From: Elusimicrobiota bacterium
GTDB lineage: Bacteria > Elusimicrobiota > Elusimicrobia > FEN-1173
NCBI GenBank assembly: GCA_016788905.1
Contig: JAEURZ010000002.1
Location: forward strand, 95,383-159,382
Direction of reading: 5' to 3'
Length of the DNA stretch: 64,000 bases
Part shown: one piece after another, positions 57,418-64,000 of the stretch
Numbering within the stretch: the stretch's first letter is position 1
Layout: every line of letters begins with the position of its first letter
Notes under the pieces: model-generated
Databases searched by the model: none
What the model was told of the DNA's origin: nothing
Seen by the model: only the letters and a program-made list of their open reading frames with translations
Program-made: the position numbers and the translations under genes

Positions 57418-59672
57418 AAGGTTCCTCCTCCCGCCCGAACCACCGCCGCTTGCCCCAACGCCAACCCGCCGTCGTTGGTGGGCACGCGCCGGTGATAAAG
57501 GACTTCAAATCCGTCGGTGGATAACCGCCGTGATGCCCCCACCAAGAGCCGCCTATTTTGAAAACATCCCCCGGATAAAACCACCCGTTTCTCTCCCGCC
57601 CGCCGCGCCACCGCCGCGATCACGTCAATAAGTGTCTGATGAAACCGCCCCGCCATGCGCCCCTGAGCCACCCCCGCTTCCCGATCCGCCAACACGCCAG
57701 AGAGAAGAGGCCCCCAGTCCACCACCAAAGGATCCCCACTTAATTGAAAAGGATACGCCTCCACCCCATCGTCAGCCGCAAACTCTAACGCCATGGCCGC
57801 CTGCCCCTCAAACCCCGCACGGTCCCGAACCCCAATTAAGGCGCTCACCGCGTCGAACAATCGGCCCACACTTGACGTGCGAAAACACAATAACTTTTTC
57901 TCAAGCGCCTGTACGAATAGAGCGGCCTCTTTTTCCCCAAACCATTCCCGGGCCAAATCCAAAACCCGATCCCCGCTTTCGTACAACAACCCCACCGCAC
58001 TCCGCCGAGGATCTCGCACCGCCGCTTCCCCGCCCGGCACATCAAAGGGACGAAAATGTCCAAACCGCCGAACGTCTGCCCGCCCGCCCACCAAGAATTC
58101 CCCGCCCCACACCGTTCCGTCGGGTCCCCATCCCGAACCGTCCCAAACAATTCCCAAAGCCGGCCCATCCACTCCCCATTCCGCCAAACACGCCGCGAAA
58201 TGCGCGTGATGATGTTGAACAAAACGCAAGGGCTCCGATCGTGTCTTGGCCAACCGCGTCGACGCATAGTCCGGGTGAAAATCAGCCACCAAGACCGCCG
58301 GGCGAACCCCATGCAACCAAGGCAAATCGTGCACCACCCGATGATACGCGTCCACCGCCTGGGGCGTATCCAAATCGCCCCCATGGGGCCCCATGGCCAC
58401 ACGGTCCCGCTGAACCACGGCGATGGTATTTTTCATATGCCCGCCGAAAGCCAAAACAGGCCGCGCCCCAGTGGGAAATGGAAACGGCGCCGGCGCATAC
58501 CCACGGGCCCGCCGAAGAACGACCTCTTTTCCCTCGATCACCCGGGCCACACTGTCTTCCACCGGCCGAACAATCCCCCGATTATGCACCAAAAAGAAAT
58601 CCGCAATCCCCGCCAACCGCCGCAACGCCTCCAACTCATCCGTGCAAATAGGCTCGTCGATCACATTGCCGCTGGTCGCCACCACAGGCCCCTTCACGTC
58701 CGCAAGGAGAAGGGCGTGTATCGGCGTGGTCGGCAAAAACACGCCCAGATCCGGGTTGCCCGGGGCCACGTTCTCCGCGATCGACGCCCCTCCCGCCCAA
58801 CGAAGAAGGACAATCGGCCCCTCGGGCGATTGCAACAACCGTTGCTCTTCATCCGACACCCGGCACAGTTGAGCCGCCGCCGCGACATCAGGAACCATCA
58901 CCGCAAACGGTTTTTCTTCTCGCCTCTTCCGTTGACGCAACAGGTCAACCGTGTCCACCCGACGCGCGTCCGCCAAGAGTTGAAATCCACCCAATCCCTT
59001 AACCGCAATTATTTTACCATCCAAGATAGCCCGCGCCGCCCATTGAAGGGCCGCGTCTTTCTGCGCCACCACCTGCCCGTCGGGCGCCCAACATTCGAGC
59101 TGGGGCCCGCAGTCCGGGCAACAGGTGGCCTGGGCATGAAACCGGCGATCCCGGGGATTGTCGTATTCGGCCGCACAGACGCCACAAAGGGGAAACCGCC
59201 GCATGGTCGTGTGATTCCGGTCGTAAGGAACTCCGTCCACAATAGAAAACCGCGGCCCACAAACAGAACACGCCGTAAACGGATATCGAAATCGCCGATG
59301 GTGAGGATCAAAGAGGTCCCGCTGACACTCCGCGCATAACGCCAAATCCGGCGGCGGCGCCGTCGTCCCCACCCGCCGATGGGCCGACACGGAAATACGA
59401 AACCCGCTCTCGCCCCGAACCGGCAGCGATCGACGCCGAACCTCCTCCACACGAATCGGCGGCCCCGCGTCTTTCAGCCGCCGCACGAATTGATCCACCA
59501 CCCCCATCGGGCCTTCAATTTCGACCGCAACCCCGCGCCGGGTGTTCCGCACACGCCCCGCCAAACATAAGGTCTCCGCCAACCGAAACGCAAAAGGTCG
59601 AAACCCTACCCCTTGAACCGCCCCGCGCACGTCCAACCGAACCCGCGCTAAGGGTTCATCCGCGATGGTCAC
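57408..59672 (-). CDS. hypF: carbamoyltransferase HypF
   Basis: Acylphosphatase domain, two Zn-finger CxxC pairs, YrdC and Kae1-like domains; 754 aa. Confidence 0.9.
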   Translation of the reverse strand: MTIADEPLARVRLDVRGAVQGVGFRPFAFRLAETLCLAGRVRNTRRGVAVEIEGPMGVVDQFVRRLKDAGPPIRVEEVRRRSLPVRGESGFRISVSAHRRVGTTAPPPDLALCAECQRDLFDPHHRRFRYPFTACSVCGPRFSIVDGVPYDRNHTTMRRFPLCGVCAAEYDNPRDRRFHAQATCCPDCGPQLECWAPDGQVVAQKDAALQWAARAILDGKIIAVKGLGGFQLLADARRVDTVDLLRQRKRREEKPFAVMVPDVAAAAQLCRVSDEEQRLLQSPEGPIVLLRWAGGASIAENVAPGNPDLGVFLPTTPIHALLLADVKGPVVATSGNVIDEPICTDELEALRRLAGIADFFLVHNRGIVRPVEDSVARVIEGKEVVLRRARGYAPAPFPFPTGARPVLAFGGHMKNTIAVVQRDRVAMGPHGGDLDTPQAVDAYHRVVHDLPWLHGVRPAVLVADFHPDYASTRLAKTRSEPLRFVQHHHAHFAACLAEWGVDGPALGIVWDGSGWGPDGTVWGGEFLVGGRADVRRFGHFRPFDVPGGEAAVRDPRRSAVGLLYESGDRVLDLAREWFGEKEAALFVQALEKKLLCFRTSSVGRLFDAVSALIGVRDRAGFEGQAAMALEFAADDGVEAYPFQLSGDPLVVDWGPLLSGVLADREAGVAQGRMAGRFHQTLIDVIAAVARRAGEKRVVLSGGCFQNRRLLVGASRRLSTDGFEVLYHRRVPTNDGGLALGQAAVVRAGGGTLCV

Positions 59673-60030
59673 CCGCCCCCTCTGGCACTTTCAAAGCCAC
59701 GCTTTCCACCCGAATTTCATGCCCTTCCACGTTCGTAACCGAAACGGACTCACATTTTTCGCAGTGCGGCGCGTGATGGTCCTCCACTCCACTCACTTCC
59801 CCACACCCGTTGCATTTCACACGAAGCGGCACCTCCACCAAATCCAGTTCAGCCCCTTCCAGTGGGGTCCCTAACGTCAGACTCTCAAAATGAGCCCGCA
59901 CACTGTCCGGAACCAAATGGTAAACCTCGCCAACAAGCACCCGGGCAGAGGTCACTCGTCCAGACGGATAATCTTTTAAAGAATCCAAAATAGACTCAAC
60001 AATTTTTTGTGTAAAAGGCCGCTCATGCAT
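59656..60030 (-). CDS. hypA: hydrogenase nickel insertion protein HypA
   Basis: MHE start; CNGCG..CEKC zinc site. Confidence 0.8.
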   Translation of the reverse strand: MHERPFTQKIVESILDSLKDYPSGRVTSARVLVGEVYHLVPDSVRAHFESLTLGTPLEGAELDLVEVPLRVKCNGCGEVSGVEDHHAPHCEKCESVSVTNVEGHEIRVESVALKVPEGAGDHRG

Positions 60031-60454
60031 GGGAAGACTCCAAGAATAAGATTAACCGCCGCGCCGCTCGGCGCACACGCCTCTCCGCCGCCGGGGACAT
60101 CCCCTCCGACAAATCAAAAGACACCCCCGCCACCGTAAAGAGATACACCTCTGATGCCGAACCAAAAAGCCGTTCCGCTAACCCCACCAACGTTTCGGCG
60201 GTTAAATGATGGGTCAACGCCACCCCCGCCCGCCCCGCCACCCGACGGAAAGAAGACCGCCGCCCCACCCCCGCGTCAACGATAACGGCCCGCCGCGCGT
60301 TCGCCAAAATTTCCGCGTCTTCCGGCGTCAACTGATGAACCCGCCGCACCTCCACCCCCGGCAGCGCCGCCCGCTCAACCGCCTCAGCCACCCGCCACCC
60401 CACCTGATCATCTCCGCGAATGAGGTTCCCACAAGCCAAAACTAACGTATCCAT
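60023..60454 (-). CDS. hydrogenase maturation endopeptidase (HycI/HyaD family)
   Basis: MDTLVLACGNLIRGDDQVGWRV N-term typical. Confidence 0.75.
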   Translation of the reverse strand: MDTLVLACGNLIRGDDQVGWRVAEAVERAALPGVEVRRVHQLTPEDAEILANARRAVIVDAGVGRRSSFRRVAGRAGVALTHHLTAETLVGLAERLFGSASEVYLFTVAGVSFDLSEGMSPAAERRVRRAARRLILFLESSHA

Positions 60455-60554
60455 TGTCCCATTTCACCACTTTGTGGGAATACCCCGCAACGGTGATTTT
60501 AGAAAAAAAAGCATTTTCCTTGCGCCGCCCCAACCCATGTCCTAAACTTCCTCC

Positions 60555-62825
60555 ATGACCAGCCGAGAATTAAAACGCGCCGCCATGCTTTTCCTCGCAC
60601 CGGCGGTCCTCTTTTTTTACCCCTTCCTGAAGGGCAACACCCCGTTCCTGGGGGACATTACCTATTCGTTCCAACCCTGGCTCACGTATGCCGCGCAAGA
60701 AATTCAGGCGGGCCGCTTCCCCTTATGGAACCCCTACTCCGCCTGCGGCGAACCCTTTTTCGCCAACCCGCAAACCATGCTGATGAACCCCCTGGCCATC
60801 CTGTTTTGGATTTTTCCGTTCCCCTGGGCCCATAACCTCTTTTTGGTCCTCAGCCAAACGCTGCTCTATTTTTTCACGTATTTCCTCGCCCGACGATGGA
60901 TCGGAGACTCCAAACTCCGTTTCAGCTCCACCCACACCCCCGCGGCCCTGGCCGCGTTGGCGTTCACCTGGGGCGGGTTTGCGGTGAGCCAGTGGGAATT
61001 CCCCTCCGCCACCGGGGCCATGGCCTACCTGCCCCTCTTTTTCCTTTTTGGAATAGCCCGGTGCTGGCCTGCCCTTGCGGCCACAACCTTCCTAGCCCTC
61101 TCCACGGGCTATATCCAGTTTGTTTATTATGGGGTCTTCCTGTCCCTGGCGGGAACCCTCTCCACCAGCCTGTCCCCCACCCACCCGCCCCCCTGGCGAA
61201 CGCGTTTCACACCGTTCGTGTTCTGGGCCATCGCCATCGCCACAGGAACCCTTCTCACTCTCGCACAAATTTTGCCTTCGTGGGAAACCACAACCCAGTC
61301 CATCCGCACCGCCATGACAATAGGGGAAACCCGCCTCCACCTGCTCACACCGATCTTCCTGGTCAAACTCTGGATTCCCTGGATCACCAACCCTGTCGCC
61401 CTGGCGTTCCAGTCCGATCCGTTCGGTGCCGAGTTCTGGCCCATCCAGCGGAGTTGGCTCACGACCTTTTTCCTTGGAACCCCGGTCGTCCTCTTGTCCT
61501 TCGCGGGACTCTGGCGAGGCGGATTTCGAAAAACAATGGTCCTCAGCCTCATCGCCGCCGTGTCCGGAATCCTCGCGTTCGGAATCGATCCCTTTTTCGG
61601 ATGGGCCCGAACCGTCTTACCGGGGTTCCGATACCTGACCCATTTTTCCAACGCTTCTGTAATGGGCCTCCTCTGCCTTGTTCTCTGGGCCACGGAAGGC
61701 GCCCATCCCCGCCGAGGGCGGAACCTTCTCCTGTCTCTGATAACCCTCACGCTCCTCAGCACAAGCCTAGCACTGGCTCTTTCGCCCACGGTCCGAACCC
61801 AAACCCTCCACGCCCTCCTGGGAATAAGTTCCCTCACCCCCGCCCAAGACCAGTGGGTGATCGAAGCCGGCGGAATCTCCGCAGCAGCAACCCTTTGTTT
61901 TGTGGGCGTTTGGCTCTTTTTCCGTCATAAGAGATGGGCCGTCTTGTGGTGTTTCACCTTGTTGGAGTTGTGGACCCTGGGCCGCACCCTCCAACCCTCC
62001 GGCCCCGCCAGCCTGTTTCACCGCCCCGTGGGCCTCGCCCACATGATGAAAGATTCCCCTTTCCGCTTTAGCATCAGCCCCGAGACCATGAAAGGATCGA
62101 AAATCATGGGCGGCACCAACCTAGTGGACGGATACCATTCTCTCCGCGAAGCGTTCTACCCCAATACCGCCTTGCCTTTCCGTGTCCACCACACCTGGGC
62201 TTATGAGGTGTTCGGTTTCCAACGCTTCACCGAATTTCGCCGAAGAATACCCGCGTTGCCGGGGGAAAGCCCCGCGCTCGATTTTTTGGGTGGGGCCCTG
62301 GTGATGTCAACGATCTCCCTACCGCCTCCGTCCGTTTTCGTCGGCCAGCGCGATAACGCCCTCTTGTATTCCCGCCCCACCGCACTGCCGCGAGTGACAG
62401 TGGTCCCCACCGCCGTGGTCAGGTCCAACGCCGAAGAACGATTGAATTATTTGTTTGGCCCCTGGCGACCGCAAAAGGAAGTGGTTCTAGAAACAAAGGT
62501 GCCCCCGTCCTCCGGAACGCCCCAACTCGACGGCTGGAAAGACGAACCGGGCCGAGTCGCTGCGAAAGGAATGGGAAAAGGTTGGTTGGTTTACAGCGGA
62601 ATCTATTATCCGGGATGGGAAGCCTATGTGAACGGAAAACGGGAACCGATCCTCCGGGCGAACCACGCGTTTCAAGCGGTGGCCACCCCGGAAGATTCCT
62701 GGCGCGTGGATATTCTTTATCGCCCCAAACTGTTTCGAGTGGGCCTGCTGATCACTCTCTTGACCGCCCTGGGCTTCTTCCTCTGGGTCGGCAAAAAACT
62801 GCACTCCTACAGCGCTGATCTGTAA
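60555..62825 (+). CDS. YfhO-family polytopic membrane protein (GT-C-like)
   Basis: FPLWNPYSACGEPFFANPQ motif; >12 TM; C-terminal soluble domain. Confidence 0.65.
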   Translation: MTSRELKRAAMLFLAPAVLFFYPFLKGNTPFLGDITYSFQPWLTYAAQEIQAGRFPLWNPYSACGEPFFANPQTMLMNPLAILFWIFPFPWAHNLFLVLSQTLLYFFTYFLARRWIGDSKLRFSSTHTPAALAALAFTWGGFAVSQWEFPSATGAMAYLPLFFLFGIARCWPALAATTFLALSTGYIQFVYYGVFLSLAGTLSTSLSPTHPPPWRTRFTPFVFWAIAIATGTLLTLAQILPSWETTTQSIRTAMTIGETRLHLLTPIFLVKLWIPWITNPVALAFQSDPFGAEFWPIQRSWLTTFFLGTPVVLLSFAGLWRGGFRKTMVLSLIAAVSGILAFGIDPFFGWARTVLPGFRYLTHFSNASVMGLLCLVLWATEGAHPRRGRNLLLSLITLTLLSTSLALALSPTVRTQTLHALLGISSLTPAQDQWVIEAGGISAAATLCFVGVWLFFRHKRWAVLWCFTLLELWTLGRTLQPSGPASLFHRPVGLAHMMKDSPFRFSISPETMKGSKIMGGTNLVDGYHSLREAFYPNTALPFRVHHTWAYEVFGFQRFTEFRRRIPALPGESPALDFLGGALVMSTISLPPPSVFVGQRDNALLYSRPTALPRVTVVPTAVVRSNAEERLNYLFGPWRPQKEVVLETKVPPSSGTPQLDGWKDEPGRVAAKGMGKGWLVYSGIYYPGWEAYVNGKREPILRANHAFQAVATPEDSWRVDILYRPKLFRVGLLITLLTALGFFLWVGKKLHSYSADL

Positions 62826-62834
62826 GAGTTTTCC

Positions 62835-63761
62835 TTACCCCTGCTCGCCTCCCACCGACCGACGGATCAGGTGCGGCCCGACAAACTGTTTCGCCTCACG
62901 CAAAGCCGCCCGCACCACATCTTGAATCGACGCCGAGTGCGTAGGCCCCCCCGGAAACACATCCACAATCCCCGCCTTCAAATTCATTAACGGCCCAGAC
63001 CCCCGCTCAAACCGTCCCCGCACCCGGTCGGGCTCATCGTACTGCATCATCAACAAAACTTCCGCGTTTTCCAAAACCCGGGCCGCCACCACTTCCGCAC
63101 GGGCAGGGGTCGACACAAACCCAAAATCGGCGGTGCCGAAATGAGCGGCGATATCGTTTCGGTCGGCCAACTCCAACACCGCGCTTTTAAGGATCATCCC
63201 GACCAACCGAATCACATGGTCTCCCCGCTCATAACCGTAAGCCATGTTAAATTCCCCTAACCCCGACACAGCCACCCGCGCAACAGAAAACGGCGCTTTC
63301 GCGACCACCCGCCGACGAATTTCCTCCTCCACCGCCACGCCGCCCGGCAACCCCGTGAGCGGGTTTGCCGCCAACCCTTCCCGACTGCGCCGAAGAACAC
63401 GCCCCACCCGCGCCAACAATTCGAGCACATCAAAGGGTTTGGTGACGTATTCGTCGGCCCCCAACTTAAACCCCGTCACTTTGTCTTTAATCTCGGAAAG
63501 AGCGGTCAACAACATAATGGGGATCAAACAGGTGGACGGGTCCTGCCGTAACCGTTGGCACACTTCAAACCCGCTCAACTCCGGCAACAAAACGTCCAGA
63601 AGAATAAGGTCCGGCCTCTCGGCCAGCGCCAGAACCAGGGCCGTTTTACCATCGCCGGCAAAAGACACCGCATACCCTTCTTTCGTTAAAAGTAGCCCCA
63701 AAATTTTGGACGTTGTGGGTTCATCTTCCACCACCAAAATTCGCGCGGGGGCTTCGGTCAT
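62835..63761 (-). CDS. response regulator with degenerate GGDEF domain (GTADF in place of GGDEF)
   Basis: REC ILVVEDE..D; GGDEF fold blocks NPLTGL.., FSVARV.., RYGG->HFGTADF. Confidence 0.7.
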   Translation of the reverse strand: MTEAPARILVVEDEPTTSKILGLLLTKEGYAVSFAGDGKTALVLALAERPDLILLDVLLPELSGFEVCQRLRQDPSTCLIPIMLLTALSEIKDKVTGFKLGADEYVTKPFDVLELLARVGRVLRRSREGLAANPLTGLPGGVAVEEEIRRRVVAKAPFSVARVAVSGLGEFNMAYGYERGDHVIRLVGMILKSAVLELADRNDIAAHFGTADFGFVSTPARAEVVAARVLENAEVLLMMQYDEPDRVRGRFERGSGPLMNLKAGIVDVFPGGPTHSASIQDVVRAALREAKQFVGPHLIRRSVGGEQG

Positions 63762-64000
63762 TGCCCGTCGCGATAACTCAAGTAAAGGGACCGCCCCCGA
63801 CGCACCACATCCAACAAAACCCCGTCTTTGGTGGAAAGGGATTTAACCGCTTTTTGAAAAGCCACCAGCGTGGGCGTGGGCTGACGGTTCACAGAGACAA
63901 TCACGTCGCCCTGGTCCACCCCCAACCGTTCCGCCAATCCCCCAGGCCGAATCCCGGTCACGAACACCCCGGCGGTCGCCGCGGGCACCCCGAACCGCTG
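63758..64000 (-). CDS. C-terminal PDZ domain of an HtrA/DegP-like protease (5' end beyond window)
   Basis: GVFVTGIRPGGLAERLGVDQGDVIVSVNRQP PDZ motif; ORF open to window edge. Confidence 0.5.
   Translation of the reverse strand, partial: QRFGVPAATAGVFVTGIRPGGLAERLGVDQGDVIVSVNRQPTPTLVAFQKAVKSLSTKDGVLLDVVRRGRSLYLSYRDGQ

Noticed and set aside
57632-59339. Long Pro/Arg-rich ORFs (339 and 427 aa) on the + strand inside hypF, and similar long antisense ORFs elsewhere (41366..42319, 32506..33450, 13733..14584, 60896..61930, 61127..61837, 36991..37692, 4562..5266)
   Set aside because: They lie antisense or out of frame to strongly supported genes. They have low-complexity Pro/Arg/Gly composition typical of spurious frames in GC-rich DNA, no RBS and no motifs.
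1-64000. CRISPR arrays, transposases/integrases, phage or defence-system genes, rRNA
   Set aside because: No direct-repeat/spacer periodicity, no transposase or recombinase-like ORFs, no inverted terminal repeats flanking any block. The tRNA-Thr is not followed by an integrase.

Overview
High-GC (~60%) bacterial chromosomal segment dominated by a nearly complete flagellar regulon. There are no obvious mobile elements, CRISPR arrays or rRNA; one tRNA-Thr is present.

Plus-strand flagellar operon (1.5-11.8 kb): flgF-flgG-flgA-flgH-flgI-flgJ(rod-binding)-flgM-flgN-flgK-flgL-fliW-csrA, then a sensorless histidine kinase/receiver and a short sigma-54 (rpoN-like). It is driven by a canonical sigma-54 promoter, TGGCAC-N5-TTGCA.

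Minus-strand flagellar operon (35.9 kb down to 11.8 kb, about 24 kb): flgB-flgC-[PPIase-less trigger-factor-like gene]-fliE-fliF-fliG-fliH-fliI-fliJ-ylxF/MotE-like-fliK-flgD-TIGR02530-like-flgE-fliL-fliM-fliN-fliO-fliP-fliQ-fliR-flhB-flhA-fliA-PilZ-hybrid histidine kinase. A second canonical sigma-54 promoter drives it, and most gene junctions are 4-nt ATGA overlaps. A third perfect sigma-54 promoter drives a 101-aa gene just upstream.

Regulatory genes next to it: an NtrC-family sigma-54 activator with a GAFTDA loop behind a sigma-70-like promoter, a bacteriohemerythrin, motAB, and sigma-28-type promoters with a GCCGATAA -10 element upstream of flgM, of the hemerythrin and (ACCGATAA) of motA.

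Downstream content: a P-type cation ATPase; two outer-membrane-like proteins; a GT4 glycosyltransferase; lipoproteins; parAB; a Zn-ribbon protein; tonB-exbD-exbB; a HEAT-repeat lipoprotein; tRNA-Thr(UGU); a hydrolase; UspA; hypEDCFA plus a maturation protease (no hypB, no hydrogenase structural genes); a YfhO-like membrane protein; a receiver/degenerate-GGDEF regulator; and the C-terminal PDZ end of an HtrA-like protease.

Most interesting candidates:
- a trigger-factor paralog lacking the PPIase domain, translationally coupled inside flgBC-fliE;
- a flagellar-locus sigma-54 paralog with an atypical region I, encoded within a sigma-54-dependent operon;
- a regulatory cascade (sigma-70 to sigma-54 to sigma-28) readable directly in the sequence.

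The full hierarchy is in the features and findings below.
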